Numbered from the stretch's first letter, positions 7,556 to 15,280 are shown. The stretch is DNA of 50,933 bases from Minisyncoccota bacterium (GCA_021129515.1 JAJOLD010000006.1:1-50933); one strand, 5' to 3'. Notes: generated from the sequence alone by a model not told the origin. Numbers and translations: made by a program.

Positions 7556-8659
7556 ATGGTCACAGAGGTTATCAAGCGAGATGGCGTCATCGAAGCATTT
7601 GACGCAACAAAAATTAAAACAGCAATGCACAAGGCATTGGCAGTGGAAGGGGTCCCTGAAGACGAAGAGACTCTAGACGCGATGGTGGAGGCGGTGGGGG
7701 TCACACTACTTGCACTTGGGGAACGCGAAGGGCGCAGACCAACAACCGAAGAAGTGCAAGACACTATTGAACACGTGTTTATGCAGTATTCGTATTTTGC
7801 AGTAGCACGAACCTATATTTTACATCGATATCTTAAAGACGCCGGGAATGCTCAAGTGGTGGGCGATGGCGTCACTGCGGATAGTTTCATGATTACCCGC
7901 ACTGGAGGAAAAAAAGAACCATATGCACGCGAAAAAATGCACGCATACCTCGTGCGATTCGCTGAGGGGCATGCAGCAGCAATCGACTTTGATGCCGTGA
8001 TTGATAATGTGGAGCGTGGTCTCTACGACGGTATCAACACACGTGATATCGCAGCGCTCGTGACTGATGTACTGCGTTCGAGTATTGAAACAGATGCCGC
8101 ATACTCAGTTGTTGCAGCGCGACAGCTCTGTGATCGGGTATGTCAGGAGGTAACAGGTGGCACAACCACCCTTACCCGTGATGAATACAACGACGTATAC
8201 CGCACGGCGTTTGTGCGCGCAATGCGTCGCGGTGTTGAAGGTGGACAGCTTGATCGACGGATTCTTTCATTTGATCTCGAAAAGATGGCAGCGTTGCTTG
8301 ATCCTGCACGAGACAATCTCTTCATGTATCCGGGTGCTGCGCTCTTGCATAAAAAGTATTTGGTACGACTCGATAGTGGCGAGGTAATTGAAACGCCACA
8401 GATGATGTGGATGCGTATCGCAATGGGCGTTGCGCTTAATGAAGCGTATACCGAAACACGGGTACAAGAACTCTATGATGCAATGTCGACACTCCGTTTT
8501 GCACCGTCGAATCATTCACTGATGAGTATGGGCACGTATCAGGCAGCGTCGGTTGGAAATACCGCAGATACTGCTTCAGACGATATCAAGCACATCTTCA
8601 ATGTCTACGATGCTATTTCAGAGGAAATGCCCTCACGTGAAGCACTGAGTACCTTGTAG
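7556..8659 (+). CDS. Ribonucleotide reductase alpha-chain N-terminal fragment (ATP-cone + all-alpha domain); catalytic barrel missing
   Basis: ATP-cone VIKRDGVIEAFDATKIKTAMHKAL, then RNR N-domain-like sequence ending LRFAPSNHSLMSMGT... The usual ...SSCF... Cys region reads QAASVGN, and a stop follows at 367 aa. Confidence 0.65.
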   Translation: MVTEVIKRDGVIEAFDATKIKTAMHKALAVEGVPEDEETLDAMVEAVGVTLLALGEREGRRPTTEEVQDTIEHVFMQYSYFAVARTYILHRYLKDAGNAQVVGDGVTADSFMITRTGGKKEPYAREKMHAYLVRFAEGHAAAIDFDAVIDNVERGLYDGINTRDIAALVTDVLRSSIETDAAYSVVAARQLCDRVCQEVTGGTTTLTRDEYNDVYRTAFVRAMRRGVEGGQLDRRILSFDLEKMAALLDPARDNLFMYPGAALLHKKYLVRLDSGEVIETPQMMWMRIAMGVALNEAYTETRVQELYDAMSTLRFAPSNHSLMSMGTYQAASVGNTADTASDDIKHIFNVYDAISEEMPSREALSTL

Positions 8660-8680
8660 GGTGGGGGTGTTGGGGCATGT

Positions 8681-8854
8681 CTAGAGTATCCATATAATGC
8701 CAATAATGCATGCAATCAGTATCAGTACTCGACTGGTATTGATGATGCGTTCTTGTAACAAGATGGTTTCTGGTGTGATGCCATCATAGTACTCTTCGCG
8801 TGTCACGATTGGTAGCCCATGCTGGTCTCGTGCACGTTTTATAAACAATTTCAT
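8681..8854 (-). CDS. Possible 57-aa tail-anchored peptide (below ORF-track cutoff)
   Basis: My own translation is MKLFIKRARDQHGLPIVTREEYYDGITPETILLQERIINTSRVLILIACIIGIIWIL*. Confidence 0.3.
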   Translation of the reverse strand: MKLFIKRARDQHGLPIVTREEYYDGITPETILLQERIINTSRVLILIACIIGIIWIL

Positions 8855-9146
8855 TGCGCAAGGTTTTTAGGAATTAAACAAACCCGCCTACAGGAGGGTC
8901 TGGAACCTTGCGAGGAAACCAAACCACTATAAGCGGGTTTCTGGACGCAAGGTTTTTAGTGCCCCAGTGGGGCTGTGCGGTGATAATAGCATTATGTCGA
9001 TGTTTTTGAAAGTGTGGGCACTCCATGGTTTGGTGTGTGCAATCGCGCCTGTGCAGAGGAGTGCCCACAGGTTTTGCACAGATGTATATACAGGAAATGC
9101 GCGGTGTTTTGCAGGGGTTGTATACAGCAGTACTGCACAGTGCTGA

Positions 9147-9187
9147 GAATGAAGTCGCCGGCCGCTTTGCGACCGGCGACTTCATTC
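9147..9187. repeat. Perfect 15-bp hairpin in noncoding tract
   Basis: GAATGAAGTCGCCGG (9147-9161) pairs with CCGGCGACTTCATTC (9173-9187). There is no flanking T run. Confidence 0.6.
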
Positions 9188-9277
9188 GTGCAATACTACG
9201 CCAACCGCAAATATGGTTGATACATGTGCAAGATTTGTGCCGCTCATACGTTTATACTAAGTGAACCCTATTATCTT

Positions 9278-10456
9278 ATGACTACCAAATACTTTCTTTC
9301 ATGCACACTTGTGTTGGCATTCCTTGTGCCTGCGGCAGCTGACGCACGTACCTCGCTTGAGGTTGCAGGCTGGATTCCGTACTGGAGCGATACCGACGGC
9401 GTTGCTTCAGCAAAGAAGCACATTCGTGATCTTGATACCATCCACCCCTTTGCCTTTGAAGTGCAAAACGACGGTACCCTCAAAGACCGTGCAGACCTCG
9501 ATGAGTCAAAGTGGAAAAAATTATTTAAAACAGCAAAGAAGAGACGAGTGGACATTGTCCCAACGGTCACCTGGTTTAATGCAGCTGAAATTCACGCAGT
9601 GTTGAGTGACAAAAAGAAGCGCCGCGCGCACATTGATGCAATCGTCGAGATGGTCGACGAGGGGCGGTACGATGGTGTCGATATCGATTATGAAGGGAAG
9701 TGGGCACAGACGAAGGAGTACTTCTCACTCTTTCTCAAAGAACTTGAAGATGAGCTTGGGCGAGACATGCTCACCTGTACCGTTGAGGCGCGCACACCAC
9801 CTGAGTCGCTCTACCGTGACGTTCCTGACGATATTCAGTATGCAAACGACTACCGCGCAATCAACCGCTACTGTGATCGGGTAGAAATCATGGCATATGA
9901 CCAACAGCGTGCAGACCTTACGCTCAATAGCGAAAAGCGCGGTGAGCCATATAATCCGGTTGCGGATGCCGACTGGGTAGAGAAAGTCATCAAGCTTGCG
10001 CTTAAAGATATCGACGAGGACAAAATCATGCTCGGCGTACCAACCTATGGTCGCGAATGGACTATTACCGTGGAACCAGAGTGGTACAAAAGCTATGAGC
10101 GCATCAGTGCACGCAATATGCCGCGCGCGCTAGAGATTGCTGACGAGTACGACATCAAGCCCGGCAGGAACAAAGCAGGTGAGCTGAGCTTCACCTATTT
10201 CCCCGAGTCATCTATTTGGAATCTCCTCAACGTGCTTCCAGCGCCAAAGGGCACTACTAAGGGCAACGAAGCTGCAGCAAAAGCACTTCTTTTTGCAAAC
10301 GCAACGGGGCGAACCGTGACCGTGAACTATGTGACTATGTCTGATGCCGATGCAATTGAAGAGAAAATGGACCTTGCGGAGAAATATGACCTCCGCGGTA
10401 TCGCTATCTTCAAAATCGATGGAGATGAGGATGAGGAGATTTGGGATTTGTTTTAA
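9278..10456 (+). CDS. Secreted glycoside hydrolase family 18 (chitinase/YaaH-like)
   Basis: Signal peptide MTTKYFLSCTLVLAFLVPAAADA and the GH18 catalytic motif YDGVDIDYEG. Confidence 0.85.
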   Translation: MTTKYFLSCTLVLAFLVPAAADARTSLEVAGWIPYWSDTDGVASAKKHIRDLDTIHPFAFEVQNDGTLKDRADLDESKWKKLFKTAKKRRVDIVPTVTWFNAAEIHAVLSDKKKRRAHIDAIVEMVDEGRYDGVDIDYEGKWAQTKEYFSLFLKELEDELGRDMLTCTVEARTPPESLYRDVPDDIQYANDYRAINRYCDRVEIMAYDQQRADLTLNSEKRGEPYNPVADADWVEKVIKLALKDIDEDKIMLGVPTYGREWTITVEPEWYKSYERISARNMPRALEIADEYDIKPGRNKAGELSFTYFPESSIWNLLNVLPAPKGTTKGNEAAAKALLFANATGRTVTVNYVTMSDADAIEEKMDLAEKYDLRGIAIFKIDGDEDEEIWDLF

Positions 10457-10483
10457 TTAAGGGGTCTAACCCCTTAATTTTTC
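10455..10483. terminator. Shared terminator hairpin of convergent genes
   Basis: AATTAAGGGGT-CTA-ACCCCTTAATT followed by TTTC. Confidence 0.65.
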
Positions 10484-10515
10484 TATTGAGCAGTCGTTTT
10501 TGTTTGCATTGTGTG

Positions 10516-10821
10516 TTAGCTGATATTGCGGTCGGCTTTAATATCTTTAATGGTATACGATTTATTGAGGTAGATGCGCTCCATGATTTTGTTTGCGCTC
10601 CATCCAATAAGGGCAAGCACTGCAAAGTAGAAAACACCAGTGAGTGTGAGTGAGGGCAGTTCGGTTTTTGCAAAGAGTCCGAGGAGGGTACCACCAACAC
10701 CCATGGAGGTCACGACGGTCAGGTTTTTAATAGAGTTACTCGTTGCCTTTGATTGCAGGTCTGAAAAGACCTCAAGCGCAGAGCCCACATAGGTTTGGGT
10801 CATAGACCAAATTTCCTTCAC
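10516..10821 (-). CDS. Hypothetical membrane protein
   Basis: Two predicted TM helices (LTVVTSMGVGGTLLGLF, GVFYFAVLALIGW), with a terminator downstream. Confidence 0.5.
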   Translation of the reverse strand: MKEIWSMTQTYVGSALEVFSDLQSKATSNSIKNLTVVTSMGVGGTLLGLFAKTELPSLTLTGVFYFAVLALIGWSANKIMERIYLNKSYTIKDIKADRNIS

Positions 10822-10887
10822 GTATGACAGTGTGTTGCTGCAAAAGAACGATGCTCACAGGTACTATTTGGTATACTGGTACACACT

Positions 10888-11817
10888 ATGCGACTCAGCG
10901 TATTACTGTTGCTCTTGGTAGCCGTGCTATTTGGTTCGGGATACTGGTATACCACCATGATGGGGGGGTGTTTTCGTCCGATTACGTATCGTATTGGTAC
11001 CATCGATGCGTCATTTGCTATTGCGCAGGATGAAGTGTTAAGGCTCACACGTGCAGCAGAACGTATGTGGGAAGACGCCTCTGGGAAGGATCTCTTTGTG
11101 TACGACGAGGCAGGGGATTTGGTCATCAACTTTGTGTATGACAATCGACAGCAATTTGCCGAGCACGAAGCGACATTGCGTCAGGAGCTTGATGACCGAA
11201 AAGATGTGAGCGATAGTGTGCGCGACCAGTATGAGACATTGCTCAACTCCTATGGAGCACTCCAAGAGTCGTATCAACAACAATCAGCAGGCTATGAGGT
11301 GCGCTTGCGTGCCTACAATGCAGAGGTTGCCAAGTGGAATGAGGAGGGTGGGGCTCCTGAGGCAGTGTTTGCAGACCTTGAGGCCCGCCAAGTAGCATTG
11401 GGTGCCGAACAAACAGAACTCAATACCATCGCGCGTAAGCTCAATGGTTTGGTGCAAGAAATGAATGCGCTGAGCGCAAAAGGTAACTCAGTTATTACGG
11501 ACTACAATGAAATCGTTGACCAATACAACGAGCGCTTTACTGAGGAACATGAATTCACACAGGGTGATTATCGAAGCAATATTATCAATATCTACCAGTA
11601 TGATTCATTTGATGAATTGCAAATAGTGCTTGCGCATGAAATGGGGCATGCGCTACTGCTCGACCATGTTGACGGTGAGGAGTCTATTATGTATCATTTA
11701 ATGGAAGCACAATCACTTGAAACGGGTATTACTGAAGCAGATATGGCAGCGCTGACGGCGCGATGTGGCGCGGGCTGGTCACCGTTTTGGTCATTTTTTA
11801 CAGTATTTAATATATAA
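10888..11817 (+). CDS. Matrixin-like zinc metalloprotease with N-terminal TM anchor and internal coiled-coil insert
   Basis: HEMGHALLLDH zinc motif plus Met-turn SIMYH. The N-terminal helix is LLLLLVAVLFGSGYWY. Confidence 0.7.
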   Translation: MRLSVLLLLLVAVLFGSGYWYTTMMGGCFRPITYRIGTIDASFAIAQDEVLRLTRAAERMWEDASGKDLFVYDEAGDLVINFVYDNRQQFAEHEATLRQELDDRKDVSDSVRDQYETLLNSYGALQESYQQQSAGYEVRLRAYNAEVAKWNEEGGAPEAVFADLEARQVALGAEQTELNTIARKLNGLVQEMNALSAKGNSVITDYNEIVDQYNERFTEEHEFTQGDYRSNIINIYQYDSFDELQIVLAHEMGHALLLDHVDGEESIMYHLMEAQSLETGITEADMAALTARCGAGWSPFWSFFTVFNI

Positions 11818-11823
11818 AAGGAT

Positions 11824-12606
11824 ATGGTATTTCAAGAAAAATATATGCGCATGCTTTTTGCGCTGGTGCTCATTATGGGCATTGTTGCGTTGTATGCATA
11901 TACGCAGCGCACACTCAAAGAAGCACAGTATCTGACCGGAAATGCTGCAACTATTTCAGTGTCGGGTGAAGGGGAAGTGCTTGCGCGTCCTGACATTGCA
12001 TCGTTTAGTTTTTCAGTACGTGCTGAGGCTACAGAAGCGGCTGCAGCACAAGCGCAATCTGCAGAGGCAGTGAATGCAATCCTTGCATATCTCAAAGACG
12101 AAGGAATCGCAGAGGAGGATGCAAAGACACAAAAATATCAACTCCGTCCACAATACGACTATGTGCGTGCGACCTGTGCGGTTGGAACTTGTTCGGATAG
12201 CAAGCGGGTGCTCCGCGGCTATGAGGTGAACCAGTCAGTTATAGTGAAGGTACGTGACACCGGTGCAGCAGGTGCGTTGCTTGCAGGCGTTGGTGAGCGT
12301 GGTGCAACCAGTATTTCAGAACTCAACTTCACTGTCGATGAAGAAGATGTGCATGTAGTCGCAGCACGGGAGAAAGCAATTGCTGACGCGAAAGACAAAG
12401 CACAAGAACTCGCCGATGACCTCGGTGTACAGCTGGTGCGGATTGTTGGCTTCAACGAAGCTGGCGGTGGCCGTATAGACTATATGGCAGAGACACGCAT
12501 GATGCCGTTTGATGATGCGGTTGGAGTAGTAGCAATGGTGCCAGAGATGCCTGTTGGTGAAAATACGTTTACCTCGAATGTGAGTATTACGTATGAGGTT
12601 AAATAG
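11824..12606 (+). CDS. SIMPL/DUF541 family periplasmic protein
   Basis: ISVSGEGEVLARPDIASFSFSV...RGYEVNQSVIVKVRD pattern typical of DUF541, with an N-terminal TM/signal anchor. Confidence 0.75.
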   Translation: MVFQEKYMRMLFALVLIMGIVALYAYTQRTLKEAQYLTGNAATISVSGEGEVLARPDIASFSFSVRAEATEAAAAQAQSAEAVNAILAYLKDEGIAEEDAKTQKYQLRPQYDYVRATCAVGTCSDSKRVLRGYEVNQSVIVKVRDTGAAGALLAGVGERGATSISELNFTVDEEDVHVVAAREKAIADAKDKAQELADDLGVQLVRIVGFNEAGGGRIDYMAETRMMPFDDAVGVVAMVPEMPVGENTFTSNVSITYEVK

Positions 12607-12670
12607 CATGGGACGCTATTTAAAACCTTGCCTGATATTTTATAAGGTGTACACCGAAATAAAATATCGA

Positions 12671-12770
12671 TAAGGTGTACAGTTCCTGTATGCAAAGCAT
12701 GCTTGACCTGCACTCGCAGAATATATGAAAGTGAACTTCCATATTTCTCTTCGTTTGCTCAAGTAAGGAG
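12671..12770 (+). repeat. 100-nt noncoding direct repeat, copy R1
   Basis: It matches 15181-15280 at 89 of 100 positions with no gaps (my manual alignment). Confidence 0.85.
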
Positions 12771-12781
12771 AAATAATTTTT

Positions 12782-12885
12782 TCTAGATTGCTTCGTCTTA
12801 AAACAGCCCTCAGGGGCTGTTTTAATTTCTCGCAATGACGGCAGCTACGCTGCCGTCATTGCGAGTGATAACGAAGCAATCCAGA
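12782..12885. repeat. Nested palindromic element, copy B
   Basis: Outer arms are CTAGATTGCTTCG ... CGAAGCAATCCAG. The inner hairpin is CGCAATGACGGCAGC-TAC-GCTGCCGTCATTGCG, plus AAAACAGCCC-TCAG-GGGCTGTTTT. Confidence 0.85.
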
Positions 12886-12976
12886 AGTGTTGCAATTAGC
12901 CTGCAAACTTTGTTGCTTTTAGACATTACCAGTACATATTTACTTTTCCTTAAAATCTGATACTATCTAGCTAATT

Positions 12977-12997
12977 CGCCCTGGAAGGGCGTTTTTT
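12977..12997 (+). terminator. Rho-independent terminator
   Basis: CGCCC-TGGAA-GGGCG followed by TTTTTT. Confidence 0.6.
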
Positions 12998-13245
12998 AGA
13001 AGGTTGCAGAGCAGCAAAGCTGCGACAATAACCTTCTTATGCAGACGCTTCGCAAGTGAGCACGACCCAGTGCGAACATGCGTTAGCATCTGCGCTAGAA
13101 GGAGAGTATGTCGGAACATCGACTATAATTCTCTTATGCAAACGGTAGATATTTTGCGAGAAACACACGAGCAAAAATATCGTACCGTCTTGCGAGAAGG
13201 GAAATATCATTCTCGACTCTAATCCATCTTTTAACTCAAATTACC

Positions 13246-13428
13246 ATGAGCCGATTCATCAACTACCTTAAAGACACAAAAGCTGAGCTGCAGCACGTGT
13301 CATGGCCAACACAAACACAGGCAGTCGTGTACACAGCGCTTGTCATCATTATTTCTATAGTAATTGCAGCATTTCTTGGTGCACTCGACTACGTATTTAC
13401 CACAGGACTCGACTGGTTCCTAAAATAG
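13246..13428 (+). CDS. secE: Preprotein translocase subunit SecE
   Basis: 60 aa with a single TM helix, AELQHVSWPT motif, and position directly upstream of nusG. Confidence 0.9.
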   Translation: MSRFINYLKDTKAELQHVSWPTQTQAVVYTALVIIISIVIAAFLGALDYVFTTGLDWFLK

Positions 13429-13477
13429 GGATAGTACGTAGCGCCTAGCACTTAGAAAATGTGCCACAGGCACATTC

Positions 13478-13514
13478 CACTACTATCTACGAACTAATAA
13501 CTACAAACTCATTT
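13478..13514 (+). promoter_or_regulatory. G-poor CACTAC-N3-CTAC leader before nusG
   Basis: CACTACTATCTACGAACTAATAACTACAAACTCATTT then ATG. It is preceded by the hairpin AATGTGCC-ACA-GGCACATT, and no SD is present. Confidence 0.55.
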
Positions 13515-14060
13515 ATGGCAAAACAACATTCAACAGGAGAGCGACATTGGTACGTTATCCATACATACTCAGGCTATGAAAATGCCGTTGCCCGAAACCT
13601 CAAGCAGCGTATTGAGTCACTCGGCATGCAAAACCTCATTTTTGATGTAGTGGTACCAACTGAGAAAAAAATTCGTGTGAAAGGCGGTAAGCGGGTCACC
13701 GAAGAAGACCAAATGTATCCAGGATACGTGTTGGTTGAAATGATTGTGACCGATGAATCATGGTACGTCGTTCGAAACACACCGCGGGTAACTGGGTTTG
13801 TGGGGAGTGGTACACAACCAGTACCGTTGCAGCAAGGCGAACTTGATGCTCTCCTCAATCGTATGGAAGACGATACACCGAAGCACCGTGTTGATCTCTC
13901 AATTGATGACATCGTCATTATCAGCGATGGTCCATTCAAAGAGCTTGAAGGGAAGGTGGGTGAGATTGATGAAGAGCGTGGGAAAGTGAAGGTGTTGGTG
14001 AGTATGTTCGGTCGCGAAACGCCAGTCGAACTGGACTTCCTCCAAGTGAAGAAGGTCTAA
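13515..14060 (+). CDS. nusG: Transcription termination/antitermination factor NusG
   Basis: NGN domain RHWYVIHTYSGYENAV and KOW motif GPFKELEGKVGEIDEERGKVKVLVSMFGRETPVEL. Confidence 0.92.
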   Translation: MAKQHSTGERHWYVIHTYSGYENAVARNLKQRIESLGMQNLIFDVVVPTEKKIRVKGGKRVTEEDQMYPGYVLVEMIVTDESWYVVRNTPRVTGFVGSGTQPVPLQQGELDALLNRMEDDTPKHRVDLSIDDIVIISDGPFKELEGKVGEIDEERGKVKVLVSMFGRETPVELDFLQVKKV

Positions 14061-14174
14061 ATTGGCAAATTTCTTTGTTGCACTTCAGCAAATTACTGCT
14101 CACCGTATGTCCATATACGGCTCACAATAATTTCTTCGTGCGCCTCGAAATTTATTCAATTTAGAACTTCTTAG

Positions 14175-14200
14175 AAAAAAGACCTACTCAGGTCTTTTTT
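14175..14200 (+). terminator. Rho-independent terminator after nusG
   Basis: AAAAAAGACCT-ACTC-AGGTCTTTTTT. Confidence 0.8.
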
Positions 14201-14292
14201 CTTGTCTTACTATCAAGAGCACTGTCATTCTGAGCTTGTTTCAGAATCTGTGTCGACTAATTCTCATACGAGATACTTATACTTCCAGAGGG

Positions 14293-14321
14293 TTGTCAAA
14301 CAGCCCAGAATTATGTACTAT
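14293..14321 (+). promoter_or_regulatory. Sigma70-like promoter TTGTCA-17-TACTAT upstream of rplK
   Basis: Hexamers lie at 14293-14298 and 14316-14321. Confidence 0.4.
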
Positions 14322-14386
14322 TTCACCGCTTCTATTTTGACACATTCTGGCTATGGAACAGGACGTGTCTGACGCACGTAGTGCGT

Positions 14387-14423
14387 CACTACCGACTACG
14401 AACTACTAACTAACTACTAAGAA
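14387..14423 (+). promoter_or_regulatory. G-poor CACTAC-N3-CTAC leader before rplK
   Basis: CACTACCGACTACGAACTACTAACTAACTACTAAGAA then ATG. It is preceded by the hairpin TGACGCAC-GTA-GTGCGTCA. Confidence 0.55.
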
Positions 14424-14846
14424 ATGGCAAAGCAAGTAATTAACAAAATCAAAGTACAAGCTGTCGGAGGCAAGGCAACACCAGCCCCTCCGCTTGGTCC
14501 AGTACTTGGTCAGGCAGGAATCAACATCGGTGAATTCGTAAACCAGTTCAACGAGCAAACTCGTGAACGTATGGGGGAAGTCGTACCGGTTGAAATTAGT
14601 GTGTACGATGACCGCAGTTTCGATTTCATCATTAAAACCTCACCTGCATCACGTCTTATCCTTAAAAAAATTGGGAAGGACAAAGGTTCAGGAAAGAATC
14701 TCGTGTCAAAGGCGGGAGACATCACGCGAGATCAAATCCGTGAGATTGCAGAAGAAAAGATGCAAGACCTCAGCGCAAACGACATCGACGCTGCAATGAA
14801 AATCATTGAAGGGACTTGTCGGAGTATGGGGGTTCATGTGAAATAG
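14424..14846 (+). CDS. rplK: 50S ribosomal protein L11
   Basis: KVQAVGGKATPAPPLGPVLGQAGINIGEFVNQFN... is the canonical L11 N-domain. Confidence 0.95.
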   Translation: MAKQVINKIKVQAVGGKATPAPPLGPVLGQAGINIGEFVNQFNEQTRERMGEVVPVEISVYDDRSFDFIIKTSPASRLILKKIGKDKGSGKNLVSKAGDITRDQIREIAEEKMQDLSANDIDAAMKIIEGTCRSMGVHVK

Positions 14847-14859
14847 TTCACATAAACTG

Positions 14860-14912
14860 AGGTTGTATGAAAAAATCCTGGTCACTTTGACTAGGATTTT
14901 TTCATACAACCT
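14860..14912 (+). terminator. Very long hairpin after rplK
   Basis: AGGTTGTATGAAAAAATCCT(G)GTCA-CTT-TGAC(T)AGGATTTTTTCATACAACCT. It has no trailing T run, so terminator function is uncertain. Confidence 0.45.
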
Positions 14913-14968
14913 GAACAGTTCCTGTAAGGAATGCATATAATATAAATGTATATGCACGAAGTTTTTGA

Positions 14969-15024
14969 GCTATTTTGCGACTGGAAGGAGCGAAAATAGC
15001 CAAAAGGTATACAGCCTCTGTAAG
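14969..15024 (+). repeat. 56-nt intergenic element, copy 2
   Basis: Hairpin GCTATTTT.../...AAAATAGC, then CAAAAGGTATACAGCCTCTGTAAG. It parallels 1689-1744. Confidence 0.6.
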
Positions 15025-15112
15025 AGGTAAAGGTTACGGGCTAATGTGTACCGACCCTGTCTGATATTTCTGGAGTTTATGAACAGAAACAGCGACTTTC
15101 AATCGAGTGAAT

Positions 15113-15151
15113 AAAACAAAATACTCCAATCGATTGGAGTATTTTGTTTTT
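15113..15151 (+). terminator. Rho-independent terminator (near-duplicate of 21443-21472)
   Basis: AAAACAAAATACTCCAATCGATTGGAGTATTTTGTTTTT. Confidence 0.75.
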
Positions 15152-15180
15152 GAGTGAATGCAGAAAGGAAGCTCTGCTTA

Positions 15181-15280
15181 TAGGGTGTACTGTTCCTGTA
15201 TGCAAAGCATGCTTGAACTGCACTCGCAGAATATATGAAAGTGAACTTTCATATATCTTCTCGTTTGTCCAAGTAAGAGG
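15181..15280 (+). repeat. 100-nt noncoding direct repeat, copy R2
   Basis: See R1. It contains the perfect hairpin ATATGAAAG-TGAA-CTTTCATAT. Confidence 0.85.

Noticed and set aside
10516-10821. CorA-type magnesium transporter
   Set aside because: The C-terminal two-helix layout is reminiscent of CorA, but there is no GMN motif and no cytoplasmic domain. I left it as a hypothetical membrane protein.
13004-13222. 72-aa ORF upstream of secE (possible rpmG)
   Set aside because: The sequence is Cys/Arg-rich and bears no resemblance to L33. It has no SD and overlaps several hairpins.
12671-15280. The 100-nt repeats as a DGR template/variable repeat pair
   Set aside because: No reverse transcriptase is present in the window. 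Neither copy lies in a coding region. The 11 mismatches are not adenine-specific, and several are adjacent dinucleotide swaps.
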